Positions 53,131 through 64,000 of a stretch of DNA of 64,000 nt are shown in pieces. Each line of letters opens with the position of its first letter. Positions within the stretch are counted from its first letter, which is position 1. Location of the stretch: assembly GCA_964016885.1 (NCBI GenBank), contig OZ024747.1:52638001-52702000 (forward strand), given 5' to 3'. A model generated the notes under the pieces. That model worked only from the letters and a program-made list of their open reading frames with translations. It ran no database searches and was not told where the DNA came from. The translations under genes and the position numbers were made by a program. Source of the DNA: Eledone cirrhosa. Its lineage: Eukaryota.

Positions 53131-53434
53131 TTTTCTCGGGTCCCAAATAATAAGCGGGGTGTTGGAAAATCGGTCATTTTTCTAGGTTGTCTCCGTTGGT
53201 TTTTCTAAAAACCAGGATTAGTCGTTTATATATTAAAACCCCAATCCATCCTGTTTATCTCATAACCTATGGGATTTCTAATAATGTACTCTTGTCATGT
53301 ATAATGTTTTTTTAATGTCCAAAGAAAATTAATTATCGCAGGAATGCTACCAGCAAAATCGAAACGGAGCGGGTTGGGAAAACTCTGAAAAATTAATAAA
53401 TGGGAAGGGGGCGATTATTCGAGACCCTAGAGTA
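53131..53434. mobile_element. Putative Tc1/pogo-type MITE inserted in a CORE-type SINE body
   Basis: Imperfect 21-bp TIRs (TTTTCTCGGGTCCCAAATAAT versus reverse complement TACTCTAGGGTCTCGAATAAT, 16/21). The flanks rejoin as SINE body sequence. Confidence 0.5.
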
Positions 53435-53783
53435 TATAGGGTACACACACACATGTCTGGGGGTTGTTCAACAACTTGCACCTTAATCCCTTCACTATAA
53501 AAGCACACATAACACCAGGGAGCTCACATATCCACTGGAGAATGTCATTATTTATTTTTTTTTAAATATTAAAGTGCTATTATATATAACTGAAAGTAGC
53601 TGACCAACTATATATATATATATATATATACAGAGAGAGATGAGGATGGGAGTTTTCAAAATATGAAACAAACGTTAGTGTTTCAGTACAAGACAACAAT
53701 CCGTCCATCTATGAGGGTTATGGTACCCAAACTTATTCAGTCTTTTCCGATTTACCAAAATCACGGGACACACCCATGTACAC

Positions 53784-53920
53784 AAAGCATGTCAAAAACG
53801 CGGCCCGCACAAACGTTTTTACAACGCGAGCATGTTTTATTTTCGTAAAATTAGTTGTCATGTGTTGCCCTCAAACAACACAGTTGTGACCCATGTGGGA
53901 CATTCAGTTTGACATGCCTG
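53784..53920. mobile_element. hAT (Charlie-like) MITE
   Basis: 8-bp TSD ATGTACAC on both sides (53776-53783 and 53921-53928); TIRs AAAGCATGTCAAAA and GTTTGACATGCCTG; internal GCGGCCCGC. Confidence 0.8.
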
Positions 53921-53984
53921 ATGTACACCATCCTAATTTCATTAGGACTTTAAATGAAACATAAAGTGTTCGATATTATATATA

Positions 53985-54090
53985 TAGTGTCCGAAACGTG
54001 AAGACTTCTCTTCCTGCTATTTCAAACGTTAAACTAATATATTTCTTCAATGTACTGTGTCGTTTGTTTTGTCATTTCTGTTTACCTTTT
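53985..54090 (+). mobile_element. Penelope-type repeat end with 3' half of a hammerhead motif
   Basis: GTCCGAAACGTGAAGAC ...; reverse complement of 62665-62763. Confidence 0.55.
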
Positions 54091-54407
54091 ACACACATAC
54101 ATAATATATATGCGTGTGTGTATAAATAAAACGTTTAGTAAATGTTATTATTAATATCGCACGGAATCGACTTTGAGGAAACTGCTAATGAAATTAAAAT
54201 AATTATATAAAATAAAAACATAGAAAGTAGTAAGTCAGTATTTCCTCTACTTTCGCTTCATAACTGTGTGTATGTGTATATATGTAAGTATGTGTGTATG
54301 TATGTATATGTGTGTGTGTGTGTGTGTGTTTGAAAGTGAAAGTATAAACCGATTATAATCCAAGTAGTTTAGCTTGGTCAATAGTAAACATATTGTTGTG
54401 TACGTGC

Positions 54408-54494
<87 letters not shown>

Positions 54495-54533
54495 TACCGT
54501 TATACAGAGACAGATTAACAGGAAGCACATATA

Positions 54534-54569
<36 letters not shown>

Positions 54570-54602
54570 CGTGATTAATAACGTATGCCGTCTACGATTT
54601 TG

Positions 54603-54657
<55 letters not shown>

Positions 54658-55890
54658 TCGTATATAAACACTAACAAATTGTTTTTATACTCCGTTTAAT
54701 AGTAGATAACTCCGTATTAATTAATATTTCATTTATATATTTGTGTGTATATATAATATAAGTGCGTGCGTGTATAATATATATATAGCCAGTCATGTAA
54801 GACAATGCGAGACTGTTTTAACATGTAAATAAGTATTTTCGATTTTAAAGTGCGTTGCGGGGTTTTTTTTTTATGTACACACACATACATTCATACATGC
54901 ATACATATATACATAGAAGACAAGCAGAGGGTTCGCATTAATACTTACTGGACTATATATTCATGTCTATGAAACCCCCAGGTAATGCAGAGATAAGTCA
55001 ACCCATTAACAGAAATACTCCCAAACTTTCACATTATGAGTTGATTGATCTTTTCTTTCGTTTAGAGTTTGTGATAAACAGATAGAGAGGGTCGATTCTA
55101 ATGAAAAGGGAACGATGTTTCAACAAAAATCTTTGCCATATTTAAAATGAAAAAAAAAAAAGAAAGACATTGCCTATGGTATGATTTTCGATGCTTACTT
55201 ACAAAATATTTTGTTTTTCAAAAAATAAATATAAACATTTTTAAATAGTCGGTTTTTTTAAAAATATATTGTTGGGCCACGTAAAGGAAGGTTCCAGGTG
55301 ACTTTGCCATGAAATGGGTTAATACAAAAAAATAATGACATTCAAGTACCAAGATGAAGAAATTACACAAAAGAATCTAATAATATATATATAATATTTG
55401 AAAAATGGTAAAAGAAATTGTGCCACTCACTCGCTAGGCTTGCAGTAGTAGTAGCAGCAGCACTTAAAATCATCGCGCACTCTCTTGTGATAGGAAAAAA
55501 AAATTTAATATAAAACTATTTCAGTAAACCTCACAGAAAGTAATTCTTTTTTTTCCGTTTTTTCATTTCACTGTGATATATGTAATATCTCTTTTCCGAT
55601 TTCGTTTTACTGTTGTTATAATTATTATATATAAATATATACATATATTATATCATATCATGTACATATATATATATATACATTTATACATATTTCATTC
55701 AGTATGTATATCGATACATATAATCCACATATACAATGTATATGTATATACGTATGTTTGCTATTTTATATAAATATATAAAATTTAACACACCAAGAAG
55801 AAGAAGAAAAAAAATCACGTTAAAATGAAACCAGCGACCCTCTGTCCTGCCTGCGAAGCTTGCGCGGCTCGGATCCAATGATTGGAGACA

Positions 55891-56002
55891 TCAGCAGTAA
55901 CAACAACAACAGCAGCAGCGGTAGTAGCAGCAGCTGTAGTAATAGCAGCAGTAGCAGCTGCAGCAACAACAACAGCAACAGCAGCAGCAGCAGTTACAGC
56001 AG
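55891..56002. repeat. (CAG/CAA/TAG)n trinucleotide tract
   Basis: Imperfect triplet repeat. Confidence 0.85.
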
Positions 56003-56182
56003 GCAAGCACCAAAATGTAAATAGTACAAGAGAACTTGCTGGATGGATGGTTTGTTGGCGGGTTGGGTTAGCTTTCGGTCGGCTGAGCATCAGTATTATT
56101 ATTATTTGAATTATGTTTTCTGTTTAATTATTCCGTGTGTATTTTAATCTTTTATTAAATTTATCTGTCTATTGAATAATAG

Positions 56183-56400
56183 TTTCTGATTTAAGGCGCA
56201 AGGCCAACAATTTTGGGGAGAGGGGAAAAGTCGATTAAATCGACACCAGTGCACTACTGGTACTTTATTTTATCGACCCCTGTAAGGATGAAAAGCAAAG
56301 CTTAACCTCGGCGGGATTTCAACTGAGAACGTAAAGAACCGTAACTATCTGCCGCAAATCATGTTGTCCGACGCTCTACCGATTCTGCCAACCACTGTCC
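56183..56400 (-). mobile_element. SINE family A, near full length
   Basis: GGCGCAAGGCCAACAATTTT ... AACCTCGGCGGGATTTCAACTGAG ... GATTCTGCCAA. Confidence 0.85.
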
Positions 56401-56611
56401 TATTGAACCAGCCCTTGTGGCTAATACAAAACAAAACAAAACGCTATTGTTAAGAGAGTCGGACCAAACGACCCATTACGTCCTGCTGAACCAACGATGC
56501 CTTCTATCCCCCGCCCCCGCAGTTATTAATAAAATACCAGTAATACACAGGGTTTTAATATAATAGAAACAACTTTTCTGCAAATTGCTGGTCCTAAAGA
56601 ATTTTTATTTG

Positions 56612-56750
56612 TGCGCTCAAATCCCGTCAAGGTTAGCCTTGCCTTTCATCCTTACGGGGTCGATAAAATAAAGTACCAGTCATGTACTGCAGTCGAATTA
56701 ATCGAGTTTCCCTTCCCCCGAAAATTGCTGGCCTTGTCCCTATATCAAAC
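56612..56750 (+). mobile_element. SINE family A
   Basis: CTCAAATCCCGTCAAGGTTAGCCTTGCCTTTCATCCTTACGGGGTCGATAAAATAAAGTACCAGT ... AAATTGCTGGCCTTGT. Confidence 0.85.
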
Positions 56751-57297
56751 CATAATTTGTGTGTGTGTATATGTATGTAAGTATGTGTGTGCATGTATGT
56801 ATGTAAATGTATGTGTCTAGTAGGTTTAGCACAGCACAACACACAATACAACACAGCTGACTTCGCTGCTTCAGTCTATTATAAGAGGGGAGGAGAAGGA
56901 GGAGGAGGAGGAGGAGGGGAAAAAAGACTGAATGGACAAACTAACTTACACACGCGCGCACACGCTTACTTTACTAGTTCACCGGTGGTGGGGTGTGATA
57001 TAAGTACGCTAGGTTGGAGAGGAGGGGGAGGGAGGTAGTTGAACAGTAGCACTCACACATACCTCCACTACCACTACTACCATTACAACTACAGCTGTCA
57101 GCAGTCACTGGAGGTGGTGGTAGTGGTGGTGGTGGTGGTGATATGTAATGTAGCAATGGTGAAATACCTTGACAACATTTACTAAATTTTCGAGAGCTAT
57201 ATAAAAGTTGATAACCATATAAGCACAACTAACTTAAAATATATATATAGGCTATTTTAAAACACCAGATTTCTTCATAAACCTCATGAACAGCTAA

Positions 57298-57332
<35 letters not shown>

Positions 57333-57341
57333 TACACACAC

Positions 57342-57624
57342 GAAAGCGCATGGCTTTGTAGTTAGGGTGTTCGGATCATGATCGTGAGTTCGTTTCCCAG
57401 CGATACATTGTCCTTAAGCAAGATACTCTATTTCTAGTTTCCCCAGCCCGTACAACTTGCAAAAAAAGAAATTAATTGTACCAGTAATTGTGTCGTGTCA
57501 TGCTGAATCTTCCTGAGAACAACATTAATGGCACAACATGTCCGAGGAATGCCCAGTCACGTGTATGTTAAGTTCACGTTGATCGTACAACTGGAACGTC
57601 CACCATCGGAACTGACGGAGATCC

Positions 57625-57627
<3 letters not shown>
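57342..57627 (+). mobile_element. CORE-type tRNA SINE (family C)
   Basis: GCGCATGGCTTTGTAGTTAGGGTGTT (A box) ... GAGTTCGTTTCC (B box) ... TCCTTAAGCAAGATACT ... GTTGATCGTACAACTGGAA ... GGAACTGACGGAG. Confidence 0.7.
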
Positions 57628-57655
<28 letters not shown>

Positions 57656-57753
57656 CACTGTATAGTGTCAAAAATTGTTTTAAATTTCCTACATAACAGA
57701 AACATTACGATTCAAACGTACACACACACATACCATATGTATTGAATGTGAGA

Positions 57754-57832
<79 letters not shown>

Positions 57833-57919
57833 CGAGAATCGGAACTTCGGCCCACGAAATAACGAAAAGCAATCTTCGTAAAACAATCTTCGAAATGTGC
57901 GGCAAAGTGCTCAATGGTA

Positions 57920-57998
<79 letters not shown>

Positions 57999-58066
57999 TA
58001 TACATATATATATATATATATATACATATATATATACATATATATATATTGGTAAACGGAATTAAC

Positions 58067-58098
<32 letters not shown>

Positions 58099-58430
58099 CA
58101 CATATATATATATATATATATACTAGGATTTTTTAACACGCTGTCGCGTCTGTATATGTGTATATGCATACATTTATATGTATGAGTATATAAATATAAA
58201 CGCACATATACAGACACACTAACAAAAATACACTCACCGACATACATTCACACAAACACACACATACATACACTCACACAAACACACACATGCATAAACT
58301 CACAGCGTAACAAATGTAACGCCAGCCGCTGTTTTGCTATACTTTTTTCACCACCCCTTGCTTCATTTTACATACACACACTCATGCACATTGTGTGACG
58401 GGCGGACGGAAGCCGCTCAAATTTTTATAT

Positions 58431-58750
58431 TACGTCCACTTTTCCCTGCTTGCAAGGGTGGGACAGGAACTGATTCTGGCTTGATGACTACAGCTGGATG
58501 CCCTTCCTAACACCAACCTCATTTACAGTGAGTGGTGGGTGCTATTTTTGCCGTGGCACCTCCGCGACCACTTTGCAGTGGAATGATAGGGACCCCAGTC
58601 CCTATCATCTCATTTCTACAGCTGAGTAAACTGGAGCAATGTGAAATAAAGTGTCTTGCTCAAGGAACAACACATCACCCGGTCTGAGAATTGAACTCAC
58701 AACCTTTCGATTGCAAGGCCAATGCTCTAACCACTAAGCCATGTGCCTCC
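58431..58750 (-). mobile_element. Composite SINE family B, second copy
   Basis: Nearly identical to about 41483-41807. Confidence 0.9.
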
Positions 58751-58754
58751 ATAT

Positions 58755-58855
<101 letters not shown>

Positions 58856-58866
58856 CATATATATAC

Positions 58867-58901
<35 letters not shown>

Positions 58902-58912
58902 CATATATATAC

Positions 58913-58947
<35 letters not shown>

Positions 58948-58948
58948 C

Positions 58949-59004
<56 letters not shown>

Positions 59005-59154
59005 AACATGGGGGGAAGAATACTGCATGGTTGCACATGGATTACATATTATAAAATTAGTCCCTCATCAGTGATTTGCCAACGATCATTGGTATTTCAT
59101 CGCATTAAAAATATATATATATATATATATTGTGTATGTGAAAGAAAAACATAC

Positions 59155-59189
<35 letters not shown>

Positions 59190-59469
59190 GTGAGAGAAAG
59201 AGAAAGAGCAATGTATGTAGTGTGTGTATGGAAAAATAGATGTTAAATGGTGATGATAATGATATATATATTCCAATGGCAGACGAACAAAGCAACAATA
59301 ACATCAGCTTGCTTTGGGAAACTGCAAGTACCTAGGAAGATATACGCCATTTTGCCATGTATTTTATATAATATAGTATATTTACCTACATTTACATATT
59401 GAGGGCTCTTTCCTTAGTGATTACAACCCCACATTCACATATATATTTATATATACATATATATAAATA

Positions 59470-59662
59470 TATCTTCTTCGTCCATTTATTCCTGAGAGGG
59501 TCGCAGGGGCAGAGTACTCCTCAAGCACTCCTTCCAACAGGTCCCGTCAGAAGCAACCATCTCCAACTGATCTGGCTGGATTCCCAAGTGAGACCAGCTA
59601 AGCTCATGGATGTCATCGAACCTTCTTGCTCGAGGTCTACCTCTGGATCTCCTGCCGCTGGT
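59470..59662 (-). mobile_element. Rex3/Expander-like RTE LINE 3' end
   Basis: Manual translation SGRRSRGRPRARRFDDIHELSWSHLGIQPDQLEMVASDGTCWKECLRSTLPLRPSQE*, followed by a GAAGAAGA tail. Confidence 0.75.
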
Positions 59663-60304
59663 TAATATATATATATATAAATAAAATGAAATTTACAGCT
59701 CACACCTCTGCAGGTTTATAGCTGGCATCCTACAAAGGGTGCCTTTTCATAGAAGGCAAACTTGTGAGTCAAACACCCTAACCTCTACACTATATGCCAT
59801 CATTAGTAATAATCAGCTATTCATGCCTTGCCTTGTAAGGGAGGAAAAGAGCTTAATTTGGTACTTGTAGCTACTCAGGACAGACAAGGTGACTTAGCTG
59901 GCATGGACCTACGGTTAAGAGGGCTGGGCTTCATACTAATCAAAGCATTCTTTTTTAGGTAACGTTTTACAGCTGGATATCCTTGTGGGCACCAACACTT
60001 TTAATTGCCTATGAAGAGATGCAGAGATACCATATACCTATTTTAAACCAAATACAATGTATTTTATTTTTCGTATGTATAATAAAGTACAATTGATAGA
60101 GAGGACACAGAGCAAAAGAATAAGAACCACAAGGATAAGGTGGAAGATGATACAATAAGAAAATCACCCTTTCATTTCCATATCTCAATGGTTTTCAAAT
60201 TATTTTGAAAATAATAATGAAGTCGGCATTGAGGGCATAAACGATTCTACATATAATTATGATGGAAGGCTTTTTACATAAATATAAACATTTTAACTCA
60301 AAAT

Positions 60305-62236
60305 GTATTATGGAACCAGTGGTAGTTTCACAGAGTTTAGTATCATAGAACCAATGGTAGTTTCAGTTTAGTGTCATAGATCCAATGGGAGTTTCAGAGT
60401 TTAGTATCATAGAACCAGTGGTAGTTTCAAAGAGTTTAGGATCATAGAACCAATAGTAGAATCTCAGAGTTTAGTATCACAGAACCAATAGTAGTTTCAC
60501 AGTTTAGTATCATAGATCCAGTGGTAATTTCAGGTAGTTTAGTACCATAGAACCAGTGTTCGTTTCAGGCAGTTTAGTATCATAGAACCAGTGGTAGTTT
60601 CGCAGTTTAGTATCACAGAACCAGTGTTAGTTTCAGGGAGTTTAGTATCACAGAACCAATGGTAGTTTCAAACAGTTTAGTATCATAGAACCAGTGTTAG
60701 TTTCAGGCTGTTTAGTATCACAAAACCAATGGTAGTTTCAAACAGTTTAGTATCATAGAACCAGTGTTAGTTTCAGGCTGTTTTGTATTATAGCAGCAAT
60801 GGTAGTTTCAGACAGTTTAGTATCATAGAACCAATGGTAGTTTCAAACAGTTTTGTATTATAGCAGCAATGGTAGTTTCAGACAGTTTAGTATCATAGAA
60901 CCAATGGTAGTTTCAGACAGTTTTGTATTATAGCAGCAATGGTAGTTTCAGACAGTTTAGTATCATAGAACGAATGGTAGTTTCAAACAGTTTAGTATCA
61001 TAGAACCAGTGGTAGTTTCTGACAGTTTGGTAACATAGATCCAATGGTAGTGTCAGGTAGTTTAGTATCATAAAACCAGTGGTAGTTCCACACAGTTTAG
61101 TATCAGGTAGATTAGTACTATAGAACCAGTGGTAGTTTCATTCAGTTAAGTACCATAGAACCAATAGTAGTTTCAGATCGTTAAGTACCATAGAACCAAT
61201 AGTAGTTTCACAGATTAGTATCATAAAACCAGTTGTAGTTTCACAGTTTAGTACCATGGGAACCAATGATAGTTTCAGACAGCTTAGTGTCATAGATCCA
61301 GTAGTAGTTTCAGACAGCTTAGTGTCATAGATCCAATAGTAGTTTCATACAGCTTAGTGTCATAGAGCCAGTGGTAGTTTCATACAGCTTAGTGTCATAG
61401 AGCCAGTGGTAGTTTCACATAGCTTAGTGTCATAGTTTAGTACCATAGATCCAATAGTAGTTTCAGATATTTTAGTATCATAGAAGCAGTGGTAGTTTCA
61501 CAAAGTTTAGTATCATAAATCCAACGGTAGTTTCACAATATTAGTATCATAGATCCAGTGGTATTTTCAGGAAGATTACTGAACCAATGGCTGTTTCAGA
61601 TAGTTTACTATCATAAAACTAGTGGTACTTTCAGGCAGTTTAGTATCATAGATCCAATGGTAGATTCACAGTTTAGCATCATAGAGTCAGTGTTAGTTTC
61701 AGGTAGATTAGTATTATAGAACCAATGGTTGTTTCAGACAGTTTAGTATCATAGAACCAATGGTAGTTTCACAGTTTAGTATCATAGAACCAAGAGTAGT
61801 GTCAGGTAGATTAGTATCATAGAACCAGTGGTAGTGTTAGACAGTTTAGTATCATAGATCCAGTGGTAGTTTCAGACAGTTTAGTATCATAGAACCAATG
61901 GTAGTTTCTCCCAGTTTAGTATCATAGATCCAGTGGTAGTTTCAGACAGTTTAGTATCATAGAACCAATGGTAGTTTCAGGTAGCTTATTATCATAGAAC
62001 CAATGGTAGTTTCTCACAGTTTAGTATCATAGATCCAGTGGTAATTTCTCACAGTTTAGTATCATAGAACCAATGGTAGTTTCAGGTAGCTTATCATCAT
62101 AGAACCAATAGTAGTTTCACACAGTTTATATAATAGAACTAGTAGTAGTTTCTCACAGTTTAGTATCATAAAACCAGTGGTAGTTTCTCACAGCTTAGTA
62201 TCATAGATCCAGTGGTAGTTTCACACAACTTAGTAT
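60305..62236. repeat. 35-bp minisatellite (about 55 diverged copies)
   Basis: Unit TAGTATCATAGAACCAATGGTAGTTTCAGACAGTT, with 33-bp variants. Confidence 0.95.
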
Positions 62237-62368
62237 GAAAAGTGGACAGAATAAATGCTGATAATTTTGAAACAGCCATGGCATATTTATGGCAAGTTAC
62301 AAATTCACCATCAGCTCTTGTGTTTTACAATGACATACTGTGTTATTTACAATTGTAATCATATTCAT

Positions 62369-62428
<60 letters not shown>

Positions 62429-62591
62429 CACTTTAGGACGAAGACCTTTTCATAATAACAACTGGCAGACAATATTAAACAGAGGATATAAGATATTTGG
62501 ACTTTTGATAATAGTGTCTCATTTTTCATTAAATTTACATAAAGAGTCTGGGACTGACTGCTTTTGAAAACAATGACCATTTGATGATATT

Positions 62592-62641
62592 ATCATCATC
62601 ATCATCATCATTTTACGTCCGCGTTTCCCTGCTCGCAAGGG
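62592..62641 (-). mobile_element. RTE/SINE-B 3' tail fragment
   Basis: (CAT)n-TTTACGTCCGCGTTTCCCTGCTCGCAAGGG. Confidence 0.75.
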
Positions 62642-62664
62642 ATAGTAAATATATATATATATGT

Positions 62665-62780
62665 AAAAGGTAAACAGAAACAATAAAACTGTAATAGATG
62701 AAAGGAATATATTAGTTTAACGCTTGAAATAGCAGGAAGAGGGTCTTAACGTCTTGGACGCTAGTCCTTCATCAGAAGAA
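62665..62780 (-). mobile_element. Penelope-type repeat end with degenerate hammerhead
   Basis: Minus strand TCTT-CTGATGAA-GGAC-TAGC-GTCC-AAGACGTT-AAGA; the sister copy at 53985 has the intact GAAACGT. Confidence 0.55.
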
Positions 62781-62835
62781 AGAATGAGCAATTAGTTAGA
62801 TTGAGGGGACAGGCAGTGCGATATATATATATATA

Positions 62836-63166
62836 TATAACTGAACAAAAAAAAAAAAAACGAACACAGACATATACATATATGTGTTCAAATCGTAATG
62901 GACCAGATCCGCTAAGGTGAAAAGAATACTAACTACAGACAATAGGGAATGCTAGGCTCAATTTAAGAATAAATCAAGAAAAATAAATACAAACCAGAAT
63001 TGTGGTCTGGTTAGTATTTATTTTTCTTGATTTATTCTTAAATTGAGTGTAGCAAACCCTATTGTAGTTAGTATGTAGTTAGTATTCTTTTCACCTTAGT
63101 GAATCTGGTCCATTACGATTTGAACACATATATGTATATGTCTGTGTTCGTTTTTGTTCAGTTATA
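62836..63166. repeat. Long inverted repeat / foldback element (about 160-bp arms, 7-nt loop)
   Basis: The arm TATAACTGAAC ... AATACAAACCAGA pairs with TCTGGTTAGTATT ... GTTCAGTTATA around the loop ATTGTGG (62999-63005). Confidence 0.92.
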
Positions 63167-63246
63167 CTATACGGCTCGGAAAACCTCTTTCCTGGAGCTA
63201 ATTTACTGGAATGAGACTATTTTGAGTTTCTACCTCAATACATGCC

Positions 63247-63293
<47 letters not shown>

Positions 63294-64000
63294 TGCAGCT
63301 GCATAGTGCTAATCATGTGGATTTGAATAAAGCAAAACCCTGACCTGATGGGACTTAACAGACGTTCTGATTGCTAAGTTGATGTTGCCTTGGGATGGTA
63401 ATATTGAGTGGAAACAAGAAAGTAAGGAAGTAAAATCTGTGGTTTGTGTGAGGCATGAAGATGACTGTGTAGAGTGTTCCCTGTAAGGAATAAGGAATCT
63501 CATAGATTTGTAGTTATACCCATTATGTCTGCCTACCTGGCTGGCATTGGACTTAGGAAGAACAGCAGAGCTGTAATACCTGGTCTGGCGATGAAAGTAG
63601 AAAATACTTCATCATGAATGTGACAAAATCATGTGAGAGAAAAGACTAAAGCAGAATGCAAAAGATTAAATCATCAGTGAGAAGCAAATGAAAACAATTC
63701 TTGTATGGTTGGTTTGGTTACAGCTGCACCTAGTTGCAGTGGGATGACTGCATTGTTGTTGGAAGAAAAAGCATGATTAAATGATGGCCCAAAGTAGCTG
63801 GACTTTGCCTAGTTGTACCAGTAGAGCTGTAACACTGTTGAGGAGAGCAATAATGTCTAATGTGAGGAAGGCGCTGAAATCAATGTGATCTCTAATGAAT
63901 AACAGATGAGATGTAAACTAATGGCACCCAAGAGATGTAGTAGAATTGTAATAGAATTGTGGAGAAGGTGGGTGTTGGATATGGAAACTTAACAGGAGTA

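Noticed and set aside
54563-54596. GTAGACG/CGTCTAC hairpin between (GT)n and (CA)n
   Set aside because: A 7-bp stem is expected by chance, and the flanking complementarity is microsatellite-derived.
55815-56109. Poly-Ala/Thr ORFs on both strands
   Set aside because: Openness is explained by the triplet repeat; no recognisable domain.
63300-64000. Possible decayed coding or LINE sequence
   Set aside because: Non-repetitive, but I could not recognise any motif or sustained reading frame.

Overview
Eukaryotic, AT-rich, repeat-dominated DNA. The SINE families and (TA)n/(TACA)n load suggest an octopus (coleoid cephalopod) genome; this is inferred from recalled repeat families, not from a database search. 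Bases 1-28010 are a single 43-bp tandem satellite (about 650 monomers, open at the window start) with nested higher-order duplications; all long minus-strand ORFs there are by-products of the repeat. Bases 28010-64000 hold no confidently identifiable host gene. They contain microsatellites, tRNA-derived SINEs, 3' fragments of several RTE-clade LINEs, an R4/Dong-like endonuclease fragment, an inverted Penelope-like (GIY-YIG) pair, piggyBac-, hAT- and Tc1-type MITEs, and several minisatellites. The most notable items are: a near-canonical type I hammerhead ribozyme fold at 47472-47528, more hammerhead-like motifs in Penelope-type repeats, three minisatellites that appear to have grown from SINE/MITE segments, a perfect 60-bp palindrome and a 330-bp foldback. 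I see no convincing evidence of a new multi-gene system.
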